Assembly: GCF_001194135.2 (NCBI RefSeq)
Contig: NC_068991.1
Span: 35,207,411 to 35,271,410 of the forward strand
From: Octopus bimaculoides
Taxonomy: Eukaryota
DNA: 64,000 bases
Reading direction: 5' to 3'
Shown: positions 37,540 through 50,909 of the stretch, one piece after another
Position numbering within the stretch: position 1 is the first letter of the stretch
How the letters are laid out: the number at the start of each line of letters is the position of its first letter
The notes under the pieces: generated by a model
What the model was told of the DNA's origin: nothing
The model's input: the letters and a program-made list of their open reading frames with translations, nothing else
Databases searched by the model: none
Translations under genes and position numbers: made by a program

Positions 37540-38870
37540 GTCAGTCATTACATATGTATATATATGTGTAGATGTGTGTGTGTTTAATAACATATGTAAT
37601 GTGGAAACACACACACAGACACATACACACTCATACACTCACAGACATATACACTCATATACAAAATGTGATGTCATCATTGTGATATAAAATGTTCCTA
37701 ACATACTCACATATACTAAGGTAGCCACACAGAGACATGTACACACTCATACACATCCACTCACAGATAGATACACAGTCATATACAAAATATGATGTCG
37801 TCGTCTTGGTATAAAATATCCTGTTGGCAATAGAAAGATTATCTCTATGAAATGTTATATTGTTTTAATCAAAATGAAATGAAATGAAATAAAGTTTCAT
37901 ATTGACACTGACCAACCCTTACATATGTATAGTGTTTAATAATGTACCTAACGCAGAAAGATGCTCACACTTTGAGATGTATACTCACTCATACACTCAC
38001 ACATACATTCACAGACAGATACACAGTCATATACAAAATGTGACGTCATCATTGTTGTCAGTCATCACATATGTATATGCATGTGTAGATGTGAGTATGT
38101 GTTTAATAATGTACCATTACATATGTATATGTGGAGGCGCAATGGCCCAGTGGTTAGGGCAGCAGACTCGCGGTCATAAGATCGCGGTTTCGATTCCCAG
38201 ACCGGGCGTTGTGAGTGTTTATTGACCGAAAACACCTAAAGCTCCACGAGGCTCCGGCAGGGGATGGTGGTGAACCCTGCTGTACTCTTTCACCACAACT
38301 TTCTCTCACTCTTACTTCCTGTTTCTGTTGTGCCTGTAATTCAAAGGGTCAGCCTTGTACACATGTTTGTGGAGTGCTCAGCCACTTGCATGTTAATTTC
38401 ACGAGCAGGCTGTTCCGTTGATCGGATCAACTGGAACCCTCGACGTTGTAAGTGACGGAGTGCCAACAACAACAACATATGTATGTGTAGATGTGTGTAT
38501 GTTTAATAACGTACCTAACGCAGAAAGACTCACACACCATAAGATATATACACACTCATACACTTACACACACACATACATTCACAGACAGATACAGTCA
38601 TATGCAAAATGTGATGTTGTCGTCATGGTATCAAATATTCTGTTGACAATAGAAAGATTATCTGTATGAAATGTTATGTTGTTTTAATCGAAATGAAAAT
38701 ATAATTTCATATTGACACTGACCAGCCCTCACATACATATAGTGTGTTTAATAGCGTACCTAACACAGAAAGACACACACACTGTGAGACATATACACTC
38801 TCATACACTCACACATATACATTCACAGACAGATACACAGTAATATACAAAATGTGATGTCATCATGGTT
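37540..38870. repeat. Degenerate tandem repeat of CA/TA-rich units, interrupted by a SINE
   Basis: Recurring blocks caaaatgtgatgtc, gtacctaacgcagaaaga and tttcatattgacactgacca. Confidence 0.7.
38131..38480 (+). mobile_element. tRNA-derived SINE
   Basis: A box TGGCCCAGTGG, B box GTTTCGATTCC, (CAA)n tail, approximate TSD ACATATGTAT. Confidence 0.88.
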
Positions 38871-39109
38871 AGAATTAAAAGTAAAAGTATAGAAGAGAAA
38901 CAATATATCACATTACAATATAAATGTTATTCTTTGACTTTTGATACGTAATAGCAAACCAGTGCCAGTGTTGCATTGTTTTAATCCAAATGACAAAAAA
39001 TTACGTTGACACTCGCAGCATCAGATAGTACTACCATGTAAAATTTGATTTGATTTGGTTGAACCATTTGAGAATGCATTGGGAATAGAGAGACAAAGGA
39101 TTTTATATA

Positions 39110-42100
39110 TGTATATGGGAAAAAAGTCAAGGTAGAAAATGCTTAAATAATTTTAGAAAAAGCACTCTAGTACCAGTTTCAGTCATTCAGACTTTTTCAA
39201 CTCTAAGTATGGAAAACAATTAAATTTTGGGAAAATTAAATGAAAAGTTTTTTAAGCGAATATTTGCATAGTATTCAAATACATGGGGCATTTTCCTTGT
39301 TTCTGTCTGTCTCTGCCTCTCTTGTTTACTCTTGTAGGTTCGAGGTCGTTGTGAATTCTTGACAGAGAAGAAAAGAATGCAGGAGTGGTATGATAGTAGT
39401 AGGATGTTAAATGGTCAAGTGACCTAAAAGTGGCTCATTGTGGATTACAGCAGTGATTAGGACTGTTTTTAATGAATTCTTCGGTATTTCTTTTGAATGT
39501 ATCATTTTTAATATTTGCATGTGTGTTATTCTACCATATCCGTGGTGGATATGTCATTTGTTGTAGATGCGTTCAAAAGGGGTTTGTATTTTGTGATAAA
39601 GAAAAANNNNNNNNNNTGCTCTTGTCACCCAGAGCAGGTTAGTGCATACATCAGGTTCTCCGAAGCACATGTGAAGCTGCTTTTCACTATGAAACGTTGT
39701 CCCTGTTTGAAGGAGAACTCTGATCCCTCAATTAAATTGACGCATATCCTACATTTGGGTCTTCCATATTTTTTTACTGACGGCTTCAGTGTTGTTGTTG
39801 AGCGTATTCGGGCTTGTGTTAGCAGACTTTTAATAGATTTGGGCTGTCTCTTGCTTTTTATGATGGTGTGTTTGGAGGATTAAGTTCATTCTGTGATCCT
39901 TTTTTTAGCAGGGGAATGTTTTGAAGGATGGTGTCGAAGGCTTCATTGTTAAGAAGGTTGTGTGTGGAGATGTATGGTAGGGTTTTTGGTTGTAAATCCT
40001 TCTTTAATTTGGGATGCCTGTGTTCGTGGATGTTGAGTTGTAGGGCACGTTGAAAGCATATGTCAGTTAGTGAAGGGGAGTAGTTCCTGGTGATGAGTGT
40101 ATCCTTTAGTTCATGTAGTCATGTGTCCCTGGTGCTTGCATTAGAAACTGTAGTACAGATCCTTTTTGCTAGGTTGAAGGGGATATTCATTCTGGTGTGT
40201 CTGGGGTGGCATGAGTTGAACGGTAGATATTGCTTGGAGTCCGTGGGTTTATAGTACATACCTGTTTCTATTATGTTGTTAGATTTCTTAATGAGGATGT
40301 TGAGGAAGGAAAGTTATTGATGGCTATATTCCATTGTGAATTGAATGTTTACGTCAAGTTTATTTGTAAGTGCTTGAAATTCTTTAAATCTCTCTATACT
40401 TTCATGCCAACGAATGAAACAATCATCCAGGTATCTCTTCCAGTTATTGTCTATGTAGAGGGAGAATGGGTTGCCTCTTGGTTCTCAAACTATGAGACCA
40501 TCTTTCAAACAGAGCACATTTCCAACTACCCTTTCCTGAAAATAAGAAAATCAAAACAACACTCAAACACTGATTCACACTTATCTAAAAAAAATGGAAC
40601 TATCACCCCTACCAAAAAAAGAATACAGGATCTAACCCTAACTTTGTACACCACCTGTGATACAACATGGGGAGTACCCCAACTTCAAACAGAGAAAGGA
40701 AAAATCACTATCTGCAGGAGAGACATTGCAGCCTCCTCCCCCCATAAGGAATTACCAACGAAATTTTCATTCCAGCAATCTACTAAACAACCATGCACAA
40801 CAAACCCGTACCACATGCAATAATTACCAACGACGGCCCCCTAAAACACCACATCCAAACATGGGATATCGGGACACACCTTTCAATACCGTTCCAAGAA
40901 CCCACACCATAAATCACAACAGAGCACCCCACAACAAGGAACAACTACATAATAGCTACCATCCCAACCACCGCAATCATTTTTTAGACCCAATACGTAA
41001 ACACAGACACAAGATAGCACCAAACAGACAGGAGGAACCAAAAGTGATAAAAATTATTAATCTAACTCACAAAGAACTAACAGCAAATCAAATCAATATA
41101 CTCTCCAAAGGATTCAAGTTTACTCCAACGCCCCAACTACAATGAAATGAAAGAAGACATTGCGGAATTCCATAGAAAATTGTGACTCGCTGAGGAATTA
41201 TACGACAAATACAACAAGGATGAATTGTTAGTCTGAAATAGAAGTTAGTACACCCCCTTAAAAGGTAAGAACAAAACTCTTGATCATTTCTGTGAATATA
41301 TCTTGAATTACCCATATCAACATATGCACAAACAAAAACACAAACGAAACTTCAGCTGAACAAATTAAAAGATGACAAAACAATAACAATCAAAGAGGCT
41401 GATAAAGCAAGTGCAGTCATCTTAATGGACACGGTATTCTATATAACTCTAGTACTATCCATATTGGAAGACACAACATATTATGAAAAGGTCCAACACT
41501 ACAGTCAGCAGAAAATAATGAGAGACCTAAAATCTATGTTAAACCTATACCAAGAAGGGCTCACCGACAAAGAATATGACTATATGACCAATTTCAAAAA
41601 TAAAACCAGTCAATTCTACGGTATTCCCAAGATACACAAAAGTGAGAAAATAAGTAACTCATGCAAGATAGCCACAGACATAATAATCAAAGTCCCTACT
41701 CTTAATGACCTCAAATTGAGACCTATAATAGCAGGTCCTGCATGTGAAACCCACCGCCTCAGTAACTTTTTAGATACACTCTTTAAACCATTCCTCAAGC
41801 ATGTCAAAAGTTACATAAGGGACGACCTGGATATGCTTAATCAATTTCCTGAAACAATAAAAAAAAAACACCCTACTAGTATCTTTCAATGTGGTCAACC
41901 TCTATTCCAATATTCCCCACAACCTAGGAACAGAGGCAATTCAATTCTGGCTAGAGAATTATGCCAATGAACTCCCACATCGCATCAAAAAAGAATTTGT
42001 GATAGAAGGGCTAAAATGTATCTTGGAGAATAACTTTTTATGATGGTGTGTTTGGAGGATTAAGTTCATTCTGTGATCCTTTTTTAGCAGGGGAATGTTT

Positions 42101-43835
42101 TGAAGGATGGTGTCGAAGGCTTCAAAGACAACTTCTATTGACAAAAATCGAGGAATGCGATGGGTATGAGAATGGTCCCCTCCTTTGCTAACCTAGTCAT
42201 GGGATATCTAGAAATTAGTCTTTATTGTAAAGTACTAGGAAAATACGGCAACCAATTCTCCCTCTAAATAGAAAATAACTGTAAAAGATACCTGGATGAC
42301 TGTTTCATTCTTTTGACATGAAAGTATAGAGAGAATTAAAGAATTTCAAGCATGCCATCCCAGACACACCAGAATGAATATCCCCTTCAACCTAGCAAAA
42401 AGGATCTGTACTACAGTTTCTAATGCAAGCACCAGGGACACATGACTACATGAACTAAAGGATACACTCATCACCAGGAACTACCCACCTTCACTAATTG
42501 ACATATGCTTTCAATGTGCCCTACAACTCAACATCCCAAATTAAAGAAAGATTTACAACCAAAAGCTCTACCATACATCTCCACACACAACCTTCTTAAC
42601 AATGAAGCCTTCGACACCATCCTTCAAAACATTCCCCTGCTAAAAAAGGATCACAGAATGAACNNNNNNNNNNCTTCAAAACATTCCCCTGCTAAAAAAG
42701 GATCACAGAATGAACTTAATCCTCCAAACACACCATCATAAAAAGCAAGAGACAGCCCAAATCTATTAAGTCTGCTAACACAAGCCCGAATACGCTCAAC
42801 AACAACACTGAAGCCATCAGTAAAAAAATGTGGAAGACCCAACTGTAGGATATGCGTCAATTTAATTGAGGGATCAGAGTTCTCCTTCAAACAGGGACAA
42901 CGTTTCATAGTGAAAAGCAACTTCACATGTGCTTCGGAGAACCTGATGTATGCACTAACCTGCTCTGGGTGACAAGAGCAATACATAGGCCAAACAAAAA
43001 ACAGTCTACAGCAAAGGATGGCAATGTAGAGATCCCAAATCAAAATTCCGCAAAATAGAAAAATAGCATTCAGCCAACACATTGACATTTGCGCCAATAA
43101 CAAAAACCCAAGCTTCAGAATTTTCCCCCTCTATCAATTCAGGGACGATATAACCAGTAGCCAACGAATTAGTAAAGAGCTTTTCTTTATCACANNNNNN
43201 NNNNNNNNNNNNNNNNNNNNNNNNNNNNNNNNNNNNNNNNNNNNNNNNNNNNNNNNNNNNNNNNNNNNNNNNNNNNNNNNNNNNNNNNNNNNNNNNNNNN
43301 NNNNNNNNNNNNNNNNNNNNNNNNNNNNNNNNNNNNNNNNNNNNNNNNNNNNNNNNNNNNNNNNNNNNNGAACGCATCTACAACAAATGACATATCCACC
43401 ACGGATATGGTAGAATAACACACATGCAAATATTAAAAATGATACATTCAAAAGAAATACCGAAGAATTCATTACAAACAGTCCTAATCACTGCTGTAAT
43501 CCACAACGAGCCACTTTTAGGTCACTTGACCATTTAACATCCTACTACTATCATACCACTCCTGCATTCTTTTCTTCTCTGTCAAGAATTCACAACGACC
43601 TCGAACCTACAAGAGTAAACAAGAGAGGCAGAGACAGACAGAAACAAGGAAAATGCCCCATGTATTTGAATACTATGCAAATATTCATTTCAAAAACTTT
43701 TCATTTAATTTTTCCAAAATTTAATTGTTTTCTGTACTTAGAGTTGAAAAAGTCTGAATGACTGAAACTGGTACTAAAGTGTTTTTTCTAAAATTATTTT
43801 AGCATTTTCTACCTTGACTTTTTTTCCCATATATA
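39110..43835 (+). mobile_element. Penelope-like element (Neptune-like) with inverted 5' copy of its 3' portion
   Basis: IKEADKASAV, FYGIPKIHK, LRPIIAGPACETHRLSNFLDTLFKPFL, MGMRMVPSFANLVMGYLE, RYLDDCF, CGRPNCRIC linker and YIGQT (GIY-YIG). 39110-40214 is the reverse complement of ~42351-43835. Confidence 0.9.
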
Positions 43836-44279
43836 TAGATGAGAGAGCCTGCTTCTTATAATAAAAAATTTCACTTGATATAGTTTTATTTGTAATACAA
43901 TATCTTGAAGTAACATATACCTGGACAGGAGTACTGTATATATTATATTCTTTGCAGAAGATCCATGTTCATTCTTCAGTTTTGCCATAATGCTAAGTCC
44001 ATTGAAATTTTCTCTCTCATAGATATAAAAGTTGAAGATGAGAAGCTTTTTTCATTATTTTTAGAACGATGACAACCTTTAACAGTATTAGCCCTTTGTT
44101 TGAAATAATGAATTAAAATACAACACAGTTACTTGAACTTAGCACTCTGTATGTACTTGTGCGTGTTTTGTATGTATGTACATGTGTGTGCTTGTGTGCA
44201 TAATTGTATATATGTTTTTGTGGACACGTGTGTATCCATATATATATATATATATATGTGTGTTTATATGTAAGTGTTA

Positions 44280-44877
44280 TGATTCCAAGTTAAGCCAAGG
44301 AGTGGTAGAAGTGCTAGTTAAGGCAAGCATCTCAAACAGTCCTTGACAACCAAGTCCAACTCTTGGCCTTCTTGTGTGACTTCACATCTAAATTTAGTGG
44401 AACTGACTGTTTGTACTGACAGAAGGGGCAATGACACTTAAAACCAGTGTCATTGCTTTGGGAAGATAGGACTTGTGAGCCTGGGAAGGCAGTTCAGCTG
44501 ACTCTAATTTTGAACCTCTGCTGCATTGCTGCCATACCCATTCATGAGGAAGGTTTTGGGAGTAAACCCTGGAGTCAAATCTGAAGCTGAAATCCCTAAG
44601 ACAGTCTAAAGTCGCATCTTACTTTCTTCTGGTAGCTTCTGTAACAATATTAGTACCAAATTAATAGCTCTTACCCTTCCCTTGGATAACATCTATGGCA
44701 TGGAGAGAGAGGAGACCTGCTGCATGGGTCACCCATTATAATCCTACCTAGGTCTGGGTCCTGGAGAAGGCACTCCAACATTTTTTCACTGTGATAGCCA
44801 CAGCAGAGAAAACAGTAGTCTGCTAGTTGTAATTCTCTACTCAAATGGCATACATCTAGGTATCAGGAGCAGCTTTT

Positions 44878-44920
<43 letters not shown>

Positions 44921-45780
44921 CATTGTGTCTCATTGGAAACAGATACTGCACACTTCAAGTTGAACAAACCCCAGCCAATTAGGTGCTGTCCCACCACAGA
45001 TGGTAAATACTACACCACAAGACTGTACAATACTGCACAACAAGAATAGAAAAAGCCAACTCCGAGATTAGGATCCTGGAATGTACAGACCATAATGATG
45101 AGACTATCAGATAACCTCATGAAAATCAGAGATGCTTGGAAAAAATGCTTAAAATTTCAAGTAGGCATCACAATACTACAAGAGACAAGTGTTGCAGAAT
45201 CAGGAACTCTATGTGAGAGAAACTATACCTCTTTTCTGGCAGAGAAAGGGATTAGATAAGACTAAAAGCTCATTGCTGAAGATGACACTGAATAGATTTT
45301 CTCACTTTGGCCCCATACATTCTGTGAACCTGTCAACTTTGTCAGTGTCCAGGTTCTGATACTCTACTGTACATATGATATCAAGGGCCTATACTTAAAG
45401 ACAATTCAAGAGACCCCCAAACCAGGAACAGCTGCTGCTGCCTGGTAACTTCAACGGTAGAGTAGACACTAACTACAATTCCTGATCAAGCTACCTGGAG
45501 TGGTATTGGGTTGTCAGTATAATTGGCAATAGTTAACGATTGCTTGAGCAAACCCCCCATGGACTGTGTATCATCAGCACTTCCAGAATAAGCCCAGCAT
45601 AAAGTGTTTTGGAGACACCTTTACATCAAACACTTGCACCAACTAGATCTGATACTCACAAGATGCTGGCACTTGAGAAGTACTCACAACTTGATCCTTT
45701 CAGAATGCTAGCTGTGACATGGATCACTCTTTCGTTTGCTGCAAGATTAGACTTCAGCCAAAAAAATATTATATAAAACT
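44280..45780 (+). mobile_element. Degenerate RTE/BovB-like LINE 5' part (5' UTR and AP endonuclease)
   Basis: LRLGSWNVQTIM (~45060), LLLPGNFNGRVD (~45430, GDFN-like) and DH motif (~45720). Many stops. Confidence 0.65.
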
Positions 45781-46377
45781 ACTTGATATTGCCAAGGCCA
45801 ATGGTGTTTTTTTGCACTTGGTATGTACAAGTACTTGGTAATGGGCTTGGTGGAGTAGAAATTGATACTTTTGGAGGATTTTTACCTCGTGTGTGAAGTT
45901 GAATGCAAAGGGCAGCAACTGTAAAGGGTATCTCCATGAGTTTATTGCTAATGGGACTATTGTGGTTGAGAAATAGAAGGTGGGACACTGCAGAGTTCGT
46001 AAATTCTTTTGGCAAGAGACTAAAAGGTCAACTGCAGTTTGTAAAGCAGAAGGGCTTATGAGCTGTGTGATGTATTATACATTGGTCTGCAGAAGTTGTA
46101 GTGGTCAATAAAAGCTGTCCTATTTGTAGCAGTAGATGATTTCCAAGTATTGTTGACCATATTCTTTACCTAAAACTTCAGTAACATCATGAATGAACCT
46201 CTTAGGGGGATTGGAGGTTCTAAGTTCTAATTGTGTGAGTGATGTGGACATGCTTAAAAGGATGGTTTCAGTTACCCTTTAAGCTGTCTCTAATGATCAG
46301 GAGTACTGCCCGAGATGGTATATTGTATCAGCTCTACATAATATACTTTATACTCCTCACTCTCAGTTTGTGGTTGT

Positions 46378-46760
46378 CATCATCATCATCATCATCATTT
46401 AACGTCCGTTGTCTCTACTGACTTGGGTTGGATGGTTTGACCGGGCTGGCATGCTGGAAGGCTATGCCAGGGCCCAGTCTCATTTGGCTTGGTTTTCTAT
46501 GGCTGGATGCCCTTTCTAATGCCAACCACTCCAAGAGTGTAATGGGTGCTTTTATGTGCCACTGGCGCATTGGTGCCATTTGCATGACACCAGGGTGCTT
46601 TTACATGCCATTGGCATGGGTGCCAATTTGCATGACACCAGTATCTGCCATGACTGGAATTTTGCTTAGCTTAATGGGTCTTTTTCTCAAGCACGACATA
46701 ATGCCAAAGGTCTTGGTCATTGCTTCTGCGAGGCCCAACACTTGAAAGGAGCTCTGCCAC
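46378..46760 (-). repeat. RTE 3' tail copy
   Basis: (CAT)n-ttaacgtcc...ctggatgccctttctaatgccaaccactcc, homologous to the 23223 copy. Confidence 0.8.
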
Positions 46761-47619
46761 TTTGCCTCTGTGTTTATTTATTTAAAAGAAATCAGATATA
46801 GCAATCTCGATGTATATTAGGTACAAAGTTAAAACTTTTGCAATTAACATGGTGAAACGTTTTGTAATTGCACCGTAAGAGTGTTATAAAAAGAAATTTT
46901 ATATTATGTCTCAAGGAGACACAGATAGACAACCTGTTTTGTGTTTTTAGCTAATAAAATGATTTTATCATAGACTACTTAAGCAAATAATTAACTAGCA
47001 TTATCCTGATCTTATTCTGTTTTGGACAGTAAAATTTTTTCACAATTCCACCTACACACTTGCTCCTAAGTAACTACAGCTATATTTGTTACATTTCATG
47101 GTGAGATTTTTGTATTGTATCAATCTGACTTTTAAGCAGAAATATTGATTTATTTATTGAGTTGTTATAGATTGGCACTACATGATAAAAAAATTTGGTA
47201 GATGTTTCCTAGAAACTTGATACAATTTGGTGTCATGACAAGGGATTGATGTGGTGCCATTACCTTGTTGAATTATCTGCCAAATCATAGGAAAAAATAT
47301 TCTAGAAGTGTTTGGAAATCAAGTAAACATAGTACAAAAAGATAAGACATTGTAAACAAACTATAATGGAAATAATAATTAAAAACTCTATAGTCGCCAA
47401 GAATAGCTGTGTGATTGAGAAATTTTCTTCACTATCACATAGTTCTAATTCACATCTCTACACTACAACTACACTTTAACTTTTATTGCGTGTCAGAGCA
47501 TGTAATATGATCCTTGGCTTGGCAGAGAAGGTGTAGTCTATCAAGAATGGTGTCTGGTCAATTCACCACCAGATAAATTCTTTGTCACCATCCAAGTCTG
47601 AATGTGACTAGGTTATTAA

Positions 47620-48771
47620 CCCTTAGCACCTGAAATGTTGGTGTACCGGCACTATGCCAAGGCTATATATTCCCAAAATGATGGTCTACTGGCACTCCAC
47701 ATGTCTTCATTTTGTTACATGCTATAAAAGTAGCCACTTGAGCCACCAATCAGTGAGTGTGTTATTTCAGGTCTTTGACACGCATAACTCTATTGTGGAT
47801 TCCTTATTTTGTGCTTGAATTTTGCAGAGAATATCTTCAAAATGTGTCAATGCTGAAGAAGCACTAGCTCAGATTCTTAGTGATGACAAGGAGGATTTAG
47901 ATGAGTCTGATTACGGTATCAAAAGTGATTTTGAGCAAGAAACTAGTGAAGAATCACCCAGCAATTCCGACAGTGATCAAGGTGAACTTGTACATAATGT
48001 AGACAATGCCACAGTGCATGCCCAAATATCCTAGGCCAATAGGAGGGGGGGGGCATGGTGGTGGACATGGCACAAGCTTGATGGCAGTAGTAAACATGAA
48101 TATTCCTGCTCCCTAGAGATGAGATGCAGCTGGTTTTACAGCAAGACAGTTTAGTCCTAACAACCCCACAGCCCAAAGGCTATTCCACTTGATATAAATG
48201 GAGAAAGTGGCCTCCTAGATTTCATTTCCCTGTTTTGGGATGATATACTTTAGGACATTTTGGTTAGAGAAAGTAATAAGAATGCTGCACATGACAAGGC
48301 TGCTAAGCCCAATAACTATGTTGCAAAAAAAAAAAACGGTATGACACAACAGTAAAAGAGATAAAGGCCTTCTTTGGTTATAGAGTTGCTATAGAGATGT
48401 TAGTTCATATGAACAGTACTGGCATACAAAAGGTGTTTTTTTTTACATTAACCCCAGGGTTTGGGCAGGTTTTTAGCTATATGGTCAATGTTGCACTGTG
48501 TTGACAAGGATGATCCTAATGTAAATAAGAAAGACAAAAGATATGTCATGGCCAATTATTGATTATATCTTGCCAAGGTTTCAAAAACATTTTGTGCTTG
48601 AATGTGAGCTATCCTTAGATGAAGGCATGATTTCGACCAAAAATGCCTTCACCATTTTGTACCCTTGTGTTGTGAAACAAGCATATATTCTAAAATGAAA
48701 ACTTTTCAGTGAAACTCACTGGAAGCTTAGAGTGGTGCATTCAATTCCTGTGGGTGGTTAGGGTTCAAAGG
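47620..48771 (+). mobile_element. Internally deleted piggyBac element
   Basis: TTAA-CCCTTAG ... CAAAGG-TTAA. Acidic N-terminus (ORF 47822), LLDFISLFWDDIL..LVRESN and ELSLDEGMISTK (first catalytic D motif). Confidence 0.75.
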
Positions 48772-48962
48772 TTAAATGGTGTTTGAATGAGGTATTGAAG
48801 AAATCAAACTTACTATTTCTGTTGATACTAAGATATAGAGAATAACAAAGACGAGAATGGAACTCTGAAAAGTAAAGAGACTAGCCAAAGTATTAAGATG
48901 TAATCTTTACTTTGTAAAGTTTCTTTTTTTTTTTCTTCAGTTTCTTTTCTTATTATACTGAA

Positions 48963-49541
48963 ACTAGGTCTTTACCTATCACTACTCTGCCAGTAAAATT
49001 ATTTGTTAATCATACACATACCTTTTAATAGTAGACTATTATATAGTGAAAGGCTCGTTAGTTACTCTAGTGATAACAGTCTACCCATCTATTTATCTTT
49101 CACACACACACATTCTCTCTTACTGAATTTCTTTCTCAACAACAATCTGTTCTTATAGTGAAAGTCTTTTTTTTTTTAAGTATGTGTTGCATTGTCTCTG
49201 TTAAAAGACAGAGAAACACAGAAATATCCACACATAAACAACCAAAAAATAACTATATTATTATATAGTGAAAGTTTTTATTTTTGAAGCTGTGTTGTAT
49301 TACTATGGTGACAACACTACCTACCTACCTACCTACTTGTCTATCAGTCTGTCTATCTATCTATCTATCTATCTATCTATCACACACACCCACTCACTTA
49401 ATTTTTTCTCTCTCAACTTTTTCTCCTCCCCTTCTTCTAAAAATACATTGTGACATATTTTGATTCCTTCCCTTCTTTTCCTCCCTCTAATTGATGTTGT
49501 GACAGACAGACTGAAATCTGCTTCTCTTTTATAGTATAAGA
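48963..49541 (-). mobile_element. Probable short non-autonomous Helitron
   Basis: Minus strand starts A^TCTTATACTATAAAAGAGAAGCAG and ends near an imperfect hairpin plus CTAG at ~48963. Confidence 0.45.
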
Positions 49542-49717
49542 TGTATGTAAAATGACATTTATAGAAAGATATATAAATCGTTCTATAAATATTTACTTTT
49601 CAATATATAAGGGGAAATAATGAAAACTAAAATTTATATAGTTCTATATTTAAGAGATGAGGAATTATTTACATTATTTACATTTGACGGATATTTGTCC
49701 TCATCTTGTTTGTTGTT

Positions 49718-49763
49718 AACACAACATTTCGGCTGATATACCCTCCAGCCTTCGTCAGGTGTC
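49718..49763 (-). ncRNA. Minimal type I hammerhead ribozyme (inverted copy)
   Basis: GACAC-CTGACGA-A-GGCTG gagggtatat CAGCC-GAAA-TGT-T-GTGTT. C15.2>U breaks the ACGU palindrome. Confidence 0.7.
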
Positions 49764-50711
49764 TTGGGGAAATTTCGAACCTGGGTTCTCATTCCTAACA
49801 ATGTTACTATTATTATATTATTATTATTATTATTACTATTATTAATCAGGTCGTTGCCGTGAATCGAACTCGGAACCTTGGGGTTAGTAGCCCGCGCTCT
49901 TAACCACTACGCCATATGCCCGTGGGCAATTATGGTGTGAATTTTAAGGCTTATAAATCTATTATTTTTCTNNNNNNNNNNNNNNNNNNNNNNNNNNNNN
50001 NNNNNNNNNNNNNNNNNNNNNNNNNNNNNNNNNNNNNNNNNNNNNNNNNNNNNNNNNNNNNNNNNNNNNNNNNNNNNNNNNNNNNNNNNNNNNNNNNNNN
50101 NNNNNNNNNNNNNNNNNNNNNNNNNNNNNNNNNNNNNNNNNNNNNNNNNNNNNNNNNNNNNNNNNNNNNNNNNNNNNNNNNNNNNNNNNNNNNNNNNNNN
50201 NNNNNNNNNNNNNNNNNNNNNNNNNNNNNNNNNNNNNNNNNNNNNNNNNNNNNNNNNNNNNNNNNNNNNNNNNNNNNNNNNNNNNNNNNNNNNNNNNNNN
50301 NNNNNNNNNNNNNNNNNNNNNNNNNNNNNNNNNNNNNNNNNNNNNNNNNNNNNNNNNNNNNNNNNNNNNNNNNNNNNNNNNNNNNNNNNNNNNNNNNNNN
50401 NNNNNNNNNNNNNNNNNNNNNNNNNNNNNNNNNNNNNNNNNNNNNNNNNNNNNNNNNNNNNNNNNNNNNNNNNNNNNNNNNNNNNNNNNNNNNNNNNNNN
50501 NNNNNNNNNNNNNNNNNNNNNNNNNNNNNNNNNNNNNNNNNNNNNNNNNNNNNNNNNNACGAAAACTAAAAGAAGCAGCACATATGCTAGGACACAACAA
50601 CCTCCTAAGCAGACCGAGTGCAGATATGAATAGCATATGGGAACCGGTATTGAGGAAGGATAGAAAAATAATAGATTTATAAGCCTTAAAATTCACACCA
50701 TAATTGCCCAC

Positions 50712-50784
50712 GGGCATATGGCGTAGTGGTTAAGAGCGCGGGCTACTAACCCTAAGGTTCCGAGTTCGATTCACGGCAACGACC
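50712..50784 (+). promoter_or_regulatory. tRNA-derived module with Pol III A and B boxes (second copy 49849-49921, minus)
   Basis: A box TGGCGTAGTGG (50719-50729), B box GAGTTCGATTC (50762-50772), anticodon-like loop CTACTAA. Acceptor stem is not convincing, so not called a functional tRNA. Confidence 0.8.
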
Positions 50785-50863
50785 TGATTAATAATAGTAA
50801 TAATAATAATATAATAATAGTAACATTGTTAGGAATGAGAACCCAGGTTTGAAATTTCCCCAA

Positions 50864-50909
50864 GACACCTGACGAAGGCTGGAGGGTATATCAGCCGAAA
50901 CGTTGTGTT
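50864..50909 (+). ncRNA. Minimal type I hammerhead ribozyme
   Basis: GACAC-CTGACGA-A-GGCTG gagggtatat CAGCC-GAA-ACGT-T-GTGTT. Intact core, 5-bp helices I and II, palindromic helix III, GUU site. Confidence 0.78.

Noticed and set aside
39336-39390. Exon-like ctcttgtag|...|gtatga segment
   Set aside because: Lies within the PLE inverted repeat
50712-50784. Functional tRNA gene
   Set aside because: Acceptor and anticodon stems pair poorly, no T-run terminator follows, and it is embedded in a repeated PLE terminus
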